A DNA stretch of 63,773 bases, filler included, from Stramenopiles sp. TOSAG23-3 (taxonomy: Eukaryota), in assembly GCA_900128585.1 (NCBI GenBank). It is 14 parts of 14 records of this genome, joined end to end, with 100 filler letters (N's around TTAATTAATTAA, not from the genome) between each part and the next. Parts side by side here need not be neighbours in the genome. Positions count along the whole stretch, not along the records: positions 33,087 to 38,492 come from LT643536.1; positions 38,593 to 43,987 come from LT643537.1; positions 44,088 to 49,481 come from LT643538.1; 11 more parts are not named here. The stretch is one strand, 5' to 3'. The first letter of the stretch is position 1. The number at the start of each line of letters is the position of its first letter. The translations under genes and the position numbers were made by a program. A model generated the notes under the pieces. The model was not told where the DNA came from and did not search any database. It saw nothing but the letters and a program-made list of their open reading frames with translations. Positions 33,331-44,520 of the stretch are shown piece after piece.

Positions 33331-36300
33331 TCATTCATCTGCCGTCTCCGCAAGACTCCACAGTGCCTCTTGCTCATCGTCCAACAGTTGACGGATCACT
33401 TTCACTCTATTTCGCCCGAGAAACCCACGGACAATCCGTTGCATCTCAGTTGCACCAAAGTCTTTAACTTTTCTTGTACGGCGCAAATGCTTCCGGTACG
33501 CACGTTGAATTCTCTTTGCAGCGTCGGTTTGTTTCTCTTTCATAACTCTCTGCTGATCAGCTTTCGTCATCCGTTCGAACTTTTTCCGTTCTTCGAATTC
33601 CAGTTGTTTTTTGTATTCTCGCCATAACGTAAACAAACGCATCAGCTCGTCTTCGGAGTCAAGGACATTATGCATCATTGCACGGGACACGTCGCGATAA
33701 TGCACAAGTAGGAGGGACAGTTTTGCGCAAACATCCTCCACGACTTTCGCGGCTCGCATTTCCATCACGTAGCGAGATATATTCTTTTGTCGTTCCTTCT
33801 CTCTAAGTTCTTTGTACGTCGGTTCACTGTCTGTGCTTGTAGTATCGTCGTCACTGCTGGACTCACCACTGCTTTCAGTTTCGTCCATGTGTTTCAATGT
33901 CGCATTTCGTTCCAAACGCAACATTTCCGAAGGCGTTACCGCACTCATTTCACTCAAGTGTTCCAATTCTACAAGGTCCCCGATGGCAATCTGCAAGACC
34001 CCAATGGTTTTCTCGTTATGATCGAGTATGGGTGCCGATATCAAATCTGTATTAGGTTGGAACAAGTCGCTGTTTCCGTTGAACAAGGCATCGTTATAGG
34101 CATCTCGAACAATACACGATTGTTTGGACGAGAGTACCTCTCCGGTGATTCCTGAGAACAGGTCTGTGTAATGCCTTACGTTTGTAACACCCTTCTCCGA
34201 CAAACCCACTTCTTCACGAACATGCCACACTTTCAACATTGAGTTCATCATCCGGTGCTGATTTAACCGGGCACGGCCAGGACCATTTTCAGAAGCACGG
34301 GCTCGCCCTCCAAATATGTTTGTTTTTTTCTTGCCAACCCCCAGCGCCTTCGACAACTTTCGACTTTTTAAGGCAATCTCTAGTTGGTGGGATCCTAAGT
34401 TGCCCGATACGGGGTGCACCGCAGGGTGGCCAGGGGGGGTTCCTACTACAAATACGCGGGCCCCTTGGACGCGCAGAAACTGCCGCACCTGCGCTTCTAT
34501 TGATCCTACCAACTTGATGGGATCCACTTTTTCTATCGACGGCATGTATGGTAAGTAGCCGCGCATGCAATTGAACGTCAGGTTAGACAAGTGGCTCAAG
34601 TACGAAAACTGCTTTTCAACCAGGGTTTCTGCTTCGACCCGTTGAATCGCGAGTGCCACTCCCTTTGCGGCTATGTTCATGAACGCTTCATCGATTTTGT
34701 CAAAGGACGCGGCCGTTGCCTGGGCTGAGAGGTCATTTGCTTGAAGCCCAGTGTTCGGCCGAAGTTTTTTGTTAAAGGCTTGAAGAATTGATATCACGCG
34801 AGGCTTTGATGCAATCGACATGCTGCGAGACCGTTGTTTCATGTTGGGAGAAATTTGCGAGTCGTCAGATGCCTCTTCTATGGATACTACAGGCGTGGAA
34901 ATAACGCACCTGGTATCCACGGTTCCAAAGACCCCATCTGCTTCCACGTCTAGATTAAACCGTCGATCGTAGTTTGCTTCGTTCATTATAATGCTGTCGT
35001 GTTTCATCTCCTCAGCGTCTTTCATGATGAGCGCGGAGATGCTTTTCTTAGTCGACGGGAAGTAGCCACGCTCACCCGACCGCCTTGGTATGGTCCAAAA
35101 CGTTTCTGTTTCAGATTCGAATACTTGTATAATGCCGTACTCGCACTCCATTGCCGCCGGCAGGTAATCCACAACCGACGTGGCAATTTTCTCCATGGTC
35201 TTTACAAGACTAAGTTGGTCGCTCAACCTTATCAGGGCGCGGCAGCGTGTGATGGCCCGGGCAATCTCGTCCGCGTCACCATCTTCCCGGGCCTGGAGCA
35301 GGGCCGACAACAGGGCCGGCTCAGAATCGAATATCTTCGTCATCATTGTCGTGAGGGGCGCCTGTTTCGTAATTCGTGGGGGGCGTTTTCGCGCCATCTC
35401 TTCGCGTTCTTTCTTCTCTTTGTCTGTCGGTGGTCGTTGTGCTTCAAGCTGCTTCTGCGTAGTTTTGTACAACGTGCGCAGCCTCTTGATTTCCGCGTGG
35501 GCGCGTTCAAGGCGCAATTCTAAATCTTCTGCTTTTTTTTGAACGCGTGTGCGGAACAGCTGTTCTGTTTTCAACGACCGCTCCATTTCCCCCTTTTCTT
35601 GGGCTAACAGCATCAGCGCCCGTTTGTACGCCTTTTCCGCCGATTTTTTGCTGTCTCTTACAAAGGACATTTGGTTCGTTTGGTTTTGGCCCGGGGCACG
35701 TTTTGCGTTGGTTTGTTTGCTGTCTGGACTGTTCTGTCTAAATGCGCCACCCGTGCGACGCCGTTCGGCCATCATTCGTTTCCGCTGGGCATTTTCTTCC
35801 TTTGCAATACGCTCATGATCTTCCCGGCACTGCTCCAACGCCTGTTGGACGCTTAAGTATTTATTCTTAAACCCTTTTGCAGTCGCAGCTTGTATGGTTG
35901 CGTTGGTCTCTGCCTGGATCGCAGACTTGTGATTTCCAGTTGCAGCCGACTGGAACTCTTTCGATTTTTTTTGGTAGTAAGAAGCGCGTTTTCTGGAAGC
36001 AGAAAGCTTTTCGTTAAGCACTTTATTGTTGCTTTTCAGAGTTCGAATTTCTTTTTTCTGGGATTCCATTTGCTGGTAGCAAAGGCTAAGTCTCTGCGTC
36101 GCGCCTTCCATGGCAGTGGTGAACAGTGCAGACTGTTCGTCTATCTCGGACACCGCCGATGCAAGCGACATGGACATCCCAGTGTCTTCGTGCACGTCAT
36201 TCGCACGACGCCTCGAGGGACTCTCACTAACATTGTCATGGATCACGGGGAGCGTCATTGATTTCGATTTTGTCATGTAATCGGTACGCTCCAAAGTCAG

Positions 36301-36786
36301 CAAAGGGGAGGTTGCCGGTGATGGGAAGTGCCCATGAGCAATTTGGCTTGACCTCGCAGGATACGACGGCAAGGGTGGGCCGGCACTACGAATAGGGTTC
36401 GCTGCGGGCGAGTAACGGAAAAAATTCCCGGCTCCGCCACCAGTTGAAAACAACGCGTTTGGTTCATACGACAACAGTCCATTAGCATTTAGGTTCTGCT
36501 CCATCAGTTCCATATCCCGGGCCATCTCTTGCTTCATGATCTCCGAGTCGCCACCTAAAACATTATCTAATTGTTCCTTCGGAGACAAAGCCTGCTTGGC
36601 TTTGGATTTCTTCCCTTTCTTTTTCCTTCTCTGAGACTTCGCATTAGGGTGTTGTTCGATCCGAGGCGGTAGAACCAGAACTCCACCCCCCCCGCCTCCA
36701 ACCACAGGGCCTCGACCAGGCGAACGAAACACAAAGACATGATTGTCGTTAGTAGACTTCGATTTCGTCTTGTTCAACACCATCAC
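33331..36786 (-). CDS. Coiled-coil protein with tandem GAF-like domains and C-terminal IQ motifs
   Basis: Long coiled coil; YDRRFN...LQAFNK and DAYNDALFN...PILD...IGVLQ GAF patterns; IQRAYRK and MQRIVRGFLGR. Confidence 0.8.
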   Translation of the reverse strand: MMVLNKTKSKSTNDNHVFVFRSPGRGPVVGGGGGGVLVLPPRIEQHPNAKSQRRKKKGKKSKAKQALSPKEQLDNVLGGDSEIMKQEMARDMELMEQNLNANGLLSYEPNALFSTGGGAGNFFRYSPAANPIRSAGPPLPSYPARSSQIAHGHFPSPATSPLLTLERTDYMTKSKSMTLPVIHDNVSESPSRRRANDVHEDTGMSMSLASAVSEIDEQSALFTTAMEGATQRLSLCYQQMESQKKEIRTLKSNNKVLNEKLSASRKRASYYQKKSKEFQSAATGNHKSAIQAETNATIQAATAKGFKNKYLSVQQALEQCREDHERIAKEENAQRKRMMAERRRTGGAFRQNSPDSKQTNAKRAPGQNQTNQMSFVRDSKKSAEKAYKRALMLLAQEKGEMERSLKTEQLFRTRVQKKAEDLELRLERAHAEIKRLRTLYKTTQKQLEAQRPPTDKEKKEREEMARKRPPRITKQAPLTTMMTKIFDSEPALLSALLQAREDGDADEIARAITRCRALIRLSDQLSLVKTMEKIATSVVDYLPAAMECEYGIIQVFESETETFWTIPRRSGERGYFPSTKKSISALIMKDAEEMKHDSIIMNEANYDRRFNLDVEADGVFGTVDTRCVISTPVVSIEEASDDSQISPNMKQRSRSMSIASKPRVISILQAFNKKLRPNTGLQANDLSAQATAASFDKIDEAFMNIAAKGVALAIQRVEAETLVEKQFSYLSHLSNLTFNCMRGYLPYMPSIEKVDPIKLVGSIEAQVRQFLRVQGARVFVVGTPPGHPAVHPVSGNLGSHQLEIALKSRKLSKALGVGKKKTNIFGGRARASENGPGRARLNQHRMMNSMLKVWHVREEVGLSEKGVTNVRHYTDLFSGITGEVLSSKQSCIVRDAYNDALFNGNSDLFQPNTDLISAPILDHNEKTIGVLQIAIGDLVELEHLSEMSAVTPSEMLRLERNATLKHMDETESSGESSSDDDTTSTDSEPTYKELREKERQKNISRYVMEMRAAKVVEDVCAKLSLLLVHYRDVSRAMMHNVLDSEDELMRLFTLWREYKKQLEFEERKKFERMTKADQQRVMKEKQTDAAKRIQRAYRKHLRRTRKVKDFGATEMQRIVRGFLGRNRVKVIRQLLDDEQEALWSLAETADE

Positions 36787-37359
36787 CCTCCTTCGTGTAC
36801 TATCAAATCAAAGGAACTGAACAGCTATCTATGATTCGTTTCTAGCATTACAATTGAGTCTTCAATTGTTTCTTCTGAACGAAGATCTGTTCTCGTAACA
36901 ACTAAATGTTTTGCAATTGCATTTGTTTCCATTTTGCATGGCTTCATTATTAATATTCATGTCGTTCATTGTTTTACTCCGGCGCCGCCGGCGCCGAATT
37001 TATTATCTTTTTTTGTAAGAAGCGACGGAGTACCTCTCTACTAGACAGTTATTAAGGAAAGGGTTTTCCACCCTCCTTTATTTATCTGATTGTATTTTAA
37101 TATAAAGATATAACAACTGACAAAAACGTACGTATGATTATACTTAAGATGAAACATTTAAGTTAACGGTATTATGAAGAAAAAAAGTACCTGTTATATA
37201 TATGATATCGTAGAGTTCTTCATAAAAAAAATAATACAACATTATTATGCGACGAAGAAAAAACAAACAAAACAAAACAAACAAACAAAGAAGATCGAAA
37301 CAAAAAGTGCCATTATTATATTATTGGACACGGCAAGAAATTAATAATACATATGAAAT

Positions 37360-38492
37360 TTACACGCACTGGACAGGTTTTCCAACCTTTGCTTTGGCCC
37401 TCCTTTTCAGGGTCTTTGCGCTCATAAGTTTCACCGGGTTCCATTTGATTTCCAACTCGGTGCGGAACATTTTCTGAATGTACTTCAACACTCCCCTTTC
37501 TCCGGTTTTGCAGTGCCGTAAGTTCACGTTGACGTTGATCCCGTACACGATTCCCTGTTTCAGATCGTACGTCATGACAAATTTGCACGCTTTTCCCTTG
37601 CCAAAGGTTTTGTGTTTCTCTTCCCAGCAAAGTTTAAAAATGCCATTGTTGCAGTCACTCCACTGAAACCCTTTCTTGATCTTACTGCGCTTCCCGACAA
37701 ACTTTCGAAGCAAAGATTTCTTTTTTACTACTTTCTCTACCAGTATTCTCGTTGTGAGCGCACCGTAGGTTGCCTCCTCCAGCTTGTGCATGTAATTGGT
37801 AAGCCACAGCACAAAGACCAACATGGCAAATATATTAATCCCAAGCCAGACGAGCGGGATGGTAATGACCCAATCCCGTAGCTTCACTATCCAATTGCTT
37901 TGATCGTCCAAGTTGAACTCCCCCGCCCACAGCCGGTCTAACAAGTCCATGGCCATGCTTCCCCCTAGAATAATCTCCATCACCATTGCGGCCGCCTCGC
38001 CTCGCTCGTCGGCCCGGGAGGCATCGATTAGTTTGGAAAAATTCGATTCGATAGCCCCTGCAATGTCTTGGCTTGCCTGAACTTTCACCGACTTCATTGT
38101 GATCCGAAGGATCTCAAGGGTGCCCATGACCCCCGCCACCGTCTTCTTCATGTCTTTGATTCTGAGCCGTATGTCGTGAGGCAACCCATCGTCGAACACG
38201 TTCAACGCCTTCATCAGTGGCATCGAAAATTGCTGCAGTGCGCCCGAAGACGTTACTTTTCTAGTCGTTTTGCCCCCCTCCCCGCCTCCCGGCTTGATAC
38301 CCTTTACGGGGTTCTCTAGTTTCTCGATCGATTTGCTCAGGTAGTCAAGGATCTGGTCAACCATAACGACGGCCTTCGAACTAATGCTGAACTCGTACCG
38401 CGCGTTGTCGACGTTGTGGGGGTTTTCGTTTTTCTTCATGATGTTCTCCCTCGTTTTCGCCAGGCTGAGGCTGAGGAGGTACGTGCGAATAA
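37360..38492 (-). CDS. Hypothetical membrane protein (probably 5' partial)
   Basis: 359+ aa ORF open to the contig edge, with one strong TM helix and a basic tail. Confidence 0.65.
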
Positions 38493-39235
38493 NNNNNNNN
38501 NNNNNNNNNNNNNNNNNNNNNNNNNNNNNNNNNNNNTTAATTAATTAANNNNNNNNNNNNNNNNNNNNNNNNNNNNNNNNNNNNNNNNNNNNCGTACTCT
38601 CCTCTGTCAGATGGAGTCAAATACTGTGCAATGCAGGTAAATACCAGGTAGGGAACCGTATTTGAATGTATTCATTTAGTTATACATTATACATCATTAC
38701 AATTTTAATTAATTATAGCTAGTATTAAACAGACGCATTATTTATTACATTTATTATAGAATAACTCGGAACGACCAATCAGGACCACACAAAAGCAACA
38801 AACTAAGAAGAAGAAGCGTTTTTTTTAGTAAATTTACCAAAGTGGGAACAGCCTCATAGTATATGATATAGCACAGGTTTATCGACACGAAGCCTATTTT
38901 ATTTTTTACTTTTTTTATATAAAAAAAAAAGATATGAATGAAAGAAGAAGAAAGAAATATAATTAATTTTACTCATAGATTATTATTACTGTATTATATG
39001 GTATGTCTATATTATATGTATATTTAATATTGATGAAGGAAGAGAAGAAACGTATCTTTTCTTTTCTGTACAACCGATTCACTCATACACATACATCGAC
39101 TGTTGCACAAGGTAGTGAAAGCAATTCCAAATGAAATCAACGGCTGCTGTAAAAGGAAAAATTTAAATACAACAAAGCAAACAGAATACTGCACCCGTTC
39201 AAACACCAGAACATACAGCAACAAGAAAGAAAAAA

Positions 39236-39922
39236 ATGAAAGTATTAAAGTACGCAATCGCAGCCGCAATGGCTTTGGCCGCCGTCGCCAACGCTGCCGA
39301 GGAAGAGGCAGCCAAGGAGCAAGCCGTTCCATTGACCACCCAAGGGGAAAAACCAACGACTGCAGAAGCAGAAAAAGCTGCCGAAGAAGCCGTTCAAAAA
39401 GTTGGGTGCCCAGCAGCCGGAGGAACGTTCAACGAACTGAACGCTGTTGGTACGGTTCTTGCAGGCCAAGGCAGCTTTCTTGCAGCGGAAGCTTGCTTCT
39501 TAGATGCAGTCCAGACTGTCATCCCAACGTTTCAAGCGCTGACTGAACTGTCCGATATCCGTGGCGATTACCTTCAATCCAGTGCACGGAGTGGGATTGT
39601 GGAGATGCTAGCAGGAACCGCCCAAGCCCGTCTTTTCCACGCCCAACACTTAATCATGGCCGGGCGCCACCCAGAAGCCGTACCGCGCCTTCGTGTCCTT
39701 GCAGAAAACAACAAAGACGTTGCCAACGTACACCACTTGTACGCAAACGCGTTGTACAACTCTGGTCTTCGACAAGAAGGCATTGACTCTTTGAAAAAAG
39801 CAATCGAATTGGCCCCTGAGAACAAAGTTTACGGCACCGATTTGGAAACCTTGACCAAGGACTTCGAAGAAGCCAAAAAAGCTGAAGCAGAAGCCGCAGC
39901 AAACGCCGAAGAGAAAAAGTAA
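39236..39922 (+). CDS. Secreted TPR-repeat protein
   Basis: Signal peptide MKVLKYAIAAAMALAAVANA; TPR-like helices (YANALYNSG..QEGIDSLKKAIELAPEN). Confidence 0.88.
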   Translation: MKVLKYAIAAAMALAAVANAAEEEAAKEQAVPLTTQGEKPTTAEAEKAAEEAVQKVGCPAAGGTFNELNAVGTVLAGQGSFLAAEACFLDAVQTVIPTFQALTELSDIRGDYLQSSARSGIVEMLAGTAQARLFHAQHLIMAGRHPEAVPRLRVLAENNKDVANVHHLYANALYNSGLRQEGIDSLKKAIELAPENKVYGTDLETLTKDFEEAKKAEAEAAANAEEKK

Positions 39923-40507
39923 ATTTACCAGACGACACCAGAGAGCAGAGGGAGAGGGAAATTGAAACAGAGAGATAAAACTCCTTAATATATACTGATG
40001 ATATTTTACAGGTACCAGGTACCTTACCTGGGTACCTGTAACTGATATTAATATCCTGCTGCATGGCACTGTATTCCTTCCTTTTCTGGTTGCCTCCTCG
40101 CCTCCTATTTGTTTTATGTATTGTATTTCTGTGTATTTATAATTCCCCGCCGGACGACCTCCGCGACAACAACAACAACAAAAAAGCAATAAATAAAAAA
40201 TAAAAAAAACAACAACCAACAACAACAACAACAATATAAAATATACTTTTTCTTTCTTTCTTCTTCTCTCAGCGCAGTTGTTCTTCTTCAACATATATTA
40301 TTTGTTGTTTCAAAAATATTTTTTAGTCTCTACTACTATATATATAAGATAAAACATGTTGTGCAAAGCGTTAGAAAAAGTAAGTTAATTATTTACAGGA
40401 ATTGGATATATCAGATAGGAAGCATATATTTACACAACCTAAAAGAAAGGAGAGGCTGTAGTTTTGTCCCGCAAACCAAGCAACCATAAGTTTCTCTGGT
40501 GCGAAAC

Positions 40508-41773
40508 ATGGCAACTGTAATTAGACTTGGGACTGTGAAACGTCGTCGGGAACAACAACGTGGGTTTGTGTTTTGCGGCGATGTATGGGGTCTTATCAAA
40601 GAATTTATGCTAGAAAAATTGGGCCGCGCTCAACAATTCTCAACATTATGTCAGTCGGGGCGCCTGGGTGATTTTTTCTGGCTGACTGCCCGGAACAGGG
40701 CGGTCTTGAACAAATTGAAGACGACACACCCCTCCCTTCGATCTCACCCCGAACAAATACTGTGGAAAAACTTGCTTGTTTTGCTTCTTGGCGATGATGC
40801 CATGAGGACGATCGGAGAATGGGGGGTCATACGAAGGGAAGCCACTGACCCGCTTCCTAACTTTTCGGTTCTTTTTGGACTACACGAGAACCATTGGTAC
40901 CGTAAAAAACTCTTCAAGTTTGCACTTCAGCTGACGCTGCCTAAATTTTTATACCCCCACGACGATGAGAGTGTAATTAATTTAAACACCCGGCGGAGAT
41001 CTCTTCCTTCGGAAGACAACAGCGCATTGATCTTGGATATAGAAAAACGTACCCGTGAATGCGTGCAGATCGTCGATGATATTTTAACGGGGAAACGGCA
41101 GTGCATTTCTAATTACGCCAATCCCTTTTCTTTGGTGAGGAATCCCCTGTTTCTTCCTTATCTGTATTATATTGGGGACCGTGTGCAAATTCTGGTACTT
41201 GATGGCCCGCCGCCGACTGGACGAATGATGACGGCCAGCCCCGTTCCCTTAAACATTTCTCCTTTGAAACACGTGTCGAACCTGGAATCCCTATCGTTAA
41301 ATAATGTCTCTCTCTGTTTTGACAGTTTCATCGAAATGGTGCCTTCGTTCCAGAAATTGGAACATTTAAATTTGCAAAATACTGGGCTCACCGGCTTATA
41401 CTTTTATAGGCTTCTAGTACAGTTGGAAACACCCATGCTCAAACGCGTAGATTTTAGCTACAATGACATAGGCGGTATTCCACCGGTCGGTTTGCACTTC
41501 ATCGTAGAATCAATTGAAAACGTCGCTTTAAACTACCTGTCGCAGCTGGAAGAGTTCTACGTTTCATACTGCAATCTATCGTTTGATGCTGTATGTGCCT
41601 TGGCGACGAATTTGATTTCAAAATGCCCCAAAATGTTACACTTTCATGTCAATGGCAACCTGAACCCCAGACCGCACGTCGATAAGAATGCAATATTACA
41701 AGCTTTGGTCCCTGGCGCCAGGAATATAAGGATAGAAGAAACGGTTTATTTAAGACGCACGACGATTTCGTAG
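40508..41773 (+). CDS. Leucine-rich-repeat protein (RI-like)
   Basis: LESLSLNNV, LEHLNLQNT, LKRVDFSYN and LEEFYVSYC repeats. First ATG at 40508. Confidence 0.8.
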   Translation: MATVIRLGTVKRRREQQRGFVFCGDVWGLIKEFMLEKLGRAQQFSTLCQSGRLGDFFWLTARNRAVLNKLKTTHPSLRSHPEQILWKNLLVLLLGDDAMRTIGEWGVIRREATDPLPNFSVLFGLHENHWYRKKLFKFALQLTLPKFLYPHDDESVINLNTRRRSLPSEDNSALILDIEKRTRECVQIVDDILTGKRQCISNYANPFSLVRNPLFLPYLYYIGDRVQILVLDGPPPTGRMMTASPVPLNISPLKHVSNLESLSLNNVSLCFDSFIEMVPSFQKLEHLNLQNTGLTGLYFYRLLVQLETPMLKRVDFSYNDIGGIPPVGLHFIVESIENVALNYLSQLEEFYVSYCNLSFDAVCALATNLISKCPKMLHFHVNGNLNPRPHVDKNAILQALVPGARNIRIEETVYLRRTTIS

Positions 41774-41824
41774 CTGAAACTGACCCACCGTCGTTGAATT
41801 TAATTGTTTTTTAGCAGCCCTCTA

Positions 41825-43696
41825 CTATATTACTTTGTACAGTTCCATCAATCTATCTCTTGCAGCGCGGTCTCTTCTATAATCAAGGCCGTCTTGTAAA
41901 CTCTGCAGGCCATCGCTGCAAAACTTCGTTAGGTTCGTGCACGGCCGCTTTTCTGCGATCATCCTGCACGCTTCATCGTTGCGAAAGAATGGCAAGCCCC
42001 CTTTCTCACGCTCAATGCCCCTCTTTGTCATCATGAATGCAGCGCAAATAGTTGGAGAGGTTGACTCACCATCGTGGCAAGCAATTAGCACGCGTTTATT
42101 GGCTTTTAATCTTTTGTCCAGCAAACGCGCTGCACTAGGCAGATACTGCAAAAGCCTTTTCCACTTTTCCTGGGAATCAATTTTGTTGTCCATCGTTAAT
42201 TTAAAGTGCTCCAAGCACACTTTCGGATACGGTGGAAACTTTTCATCCTCTGAAGCGTACACGACGGTACTGTTCCCGTGAGCATCGAACGTATACACAG
42301 TTTTGCTCAGCACGACGTTGGAGTCTTCTATTGCGCCCATTCTGTCGTTGTCCGAAGAGCTGCTGAGCGATGAAATATCGCTGCTACTGTCGCTGCTCTC
42401 GGAGTTGCTCGAGTCACTTCTTTCTCCCTCTTCATCCTGAAGCCGCCGCAGCGGTGCTTTCTTCTTCTTTGACGACAATGCCAAAGGGTCCCGTGAAATG
42501 AACCTAGCAGTATCCGAATCTTCGATGGAGTCCAATAAAAAACGCAGTGTTTCTCCCTCCAAGGATACCTCGTTCTCGTTAAATGCTGTGACTAGAAAGT
42601 CAATCTTCAGTTTCTTGAGCCACCACGGCGATATGCTTTCCCACGAGCCCAAGTATACACGGCCGCCTTCGCTTCCAACCCACTCATCGGACTGCCCATC
42701 GAAAATCATGTGTACCGGCTCCCCCTGTTCCTGCTTTTTAAGAACCCTTTGAACTTTACCACCGGCGCCCTCTGCAAAATACTCTGCATTTTCCCCCCCC
42801 TCGGTCAAATCATAATTGCTGAATCCCAAGTGGAGAAGCAAGGTGACGGTGTCGCTGTGCCCCCCGAGGGCAGCGAAATGCAAGGGTGTCATTCCCCGAA
42901 CCGACTTTACGTGGGCATTGGCGTCGTTCTGCAATAAAATTCTAATGATGTTCACGTGCCCAGAGCGTGCCGCGTAGTGTAAAGCCGTTAGATTTTCCTT
43001 GTCCGTTTCATGCACCAGCATGCCCGATTTCGCCGGTTCGTAGTCCAGCAGAGCCCTCAAGACGCTCTCGTAGTTCGAGGCTGCAGCAATCATCAACCCA
43101 TTTGTACCGTTTTTGTTTTGAATGAAGATATCCGCGTTTCGCTGTATAAGCATTTCAAGCAACCCCAGGTTATTTTTGCCAATCGCCATGTGCAGGGCAC
43201 ACACGCCGGCATCGTTTTGAAAATCGATGTTGGTAATTTTGGTCAGCTGCCTTTTGTAGTATTTTTCCTCTCCCTTTCGAATGTACCTCAACAGTGCCAG
43301 GTGGGCTCGCCGGGAGAGTTCCTTTGCGGTGTCGTCCGTGCCCCCTTGTTGGTCGGACATATTCTTGGCTATATAATGTAATTGAGACCGCACAAGGTCC
43401 CATTTGGATTGTCGCTTTACAAACAGAAAGTGTCGCGGCTGCTTTGCATCATTTATCAGGTCTGTGATGGTATCAAAATCTAAGATCACCGTATTCTTCC
43501 CATTGCACTCGGCAACAGCAAGCCCGGGGCGCATTCTAGGGTACATGTCTGAAAAAAACTCCTCGTCTTCATCGCTCGCCCACGCACCGATAAGTGCTCC
43601 CACATTTCCTTTCCCGGGAACAAGCGTAAACGGCAATTCATCGCCTGGAAACTGTACTTCAAAGGCGCTGTTTGCCACGACCTGCATGAAACTCAT
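41825..43696 (-). CDS. PDZ-like + ankyrin repeats + dual-specificity-phosphatase-like protein
   Basis: ALHMA, TALHYAA and TPLHFAA ankyrins; VYLGSW and RVLIACHDGESTSPTICAAFMM...KRP DSP fold. Confidence 0.82.
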   Translation of the reverse strand: MSFMQVVANSAFEVQFPGDELPFTLVPGKGNVGALIGAWASDEDEEFFSDMYPRMRPGLAVAECNGKNTVILDFDTITDLINDAKQPRHFLFVKRQSKWDLVRSQLHYIAKNMSDQQGGTDDTAKELSRRAHLALLRYIRKGEEKYYKRQLTKITNIDFQNDAGVCALHMAIGKNNLGLLEMLIQRNADIFIQNKNGTNGLMIAAASNYESVLRALLDYEPAKSGMLVHETDKENLTALHYAARSGHVNIIRILLQNDANAHVKSVRGMTPLHFAALGGHSDTVTLLLHLGFSNYDLTEGGENAEYFAEGAGGKVQRVLKKQEQGEPVHMIFDGQSDEWVGSEGGRVYLGSWESISPWWLKKLKIDFLVTAFNENEVSLEGETLRFLLDSIEDSDTARFISRDPLALSSKKKKAPLRRLQDEEGERSDSSNSESSDSSSDISSLSSSSDNDRMGAIEDSNVVLSKTVYTFDAHGNSTVVYASEDEKFPPYPKVCLEHFKLTMDNKIDSQEKWKRLLQYLPSAARLLDKRLKANKRVLIACHDGESTSPTICAAFMMTKRGIEREKGGLPFFRNDEACRMIAEKRPCTNLTKFCSDGLQSLQDGLDYRRDRAARDRLMELYKVI

Positions 43697-44087
43697 TTTG
43701 CTCAGTAGTATATATGCACCTTGTACAATGCACAGGCAGCCTCCAAAGATTTTTCAGTGCATCCCTATTCTTTTCTTCTTTTGGAGTAAATTCATTTACA
43801 TGAATGAAAAAATGGTGGGAAGGAGAAGAAATCGAAATTCTCTCATCTCATATTGAATATGATATCTTATATTTTTATACCTCTCTCTCATCATTTTTTT
43901 TTGTTTTCTTCTTATTATAATAACGGACATTGTTATTTTTGATAGGTCATTGATTCATGTAGATTACAATTATTATACTTTTATTTGNNNNNNNNNNNNN
44001 NNNNNNNNNNNNNNNNNNNNNNNNNNNNNNNTTAATTAATTAANNNNNNNNNNNNNNNNNNNNNNNNNNNNNNNNNNNNNNNNNNNN

Positions 44088-44195
44088 AAGAAAGAAGAAA
44101 GAAGAAAGAAGAAAGAAGAAAGAAGAAAGAAGAAAGAAGAAAGAAGAAAGAAAGAAGAAGAAAGAAAGAAGAAGAAAGAAAGAAGAAGAAAGAAG
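44088..44195. repeat. (AAGAAAG)n polypurine microsatellite
   Basis: Read directly at the contig start. Confidence 0.93.
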
Positions 44196-44520
44196 ACACC
44201 AGCCCCACCTACCGATATACACAGAACACAGATTATTGTCTATAAAATAATAATAATAATAATGGATTATTTTTTTATAAAATATTTTTTCTACTGTAAA
44301 GATTATTTAGTGAAAATTTGAAATTTTGAAATCATCATATTATATAATATTATATACTCTATAACAACAAAATACAGAATAAATAGTTTAGACACGTTCT
44401 CCTCATTGATTAGATGTTGCACTTTCGTTCCATCCACTCTTCTGCCTCGTTTAACCACGCTTGTCTTTGTTTGTAACACCTGTGTGTGTGTGTGTGTGTG
44501 TTGTGGGGTAACGGGAAAAG

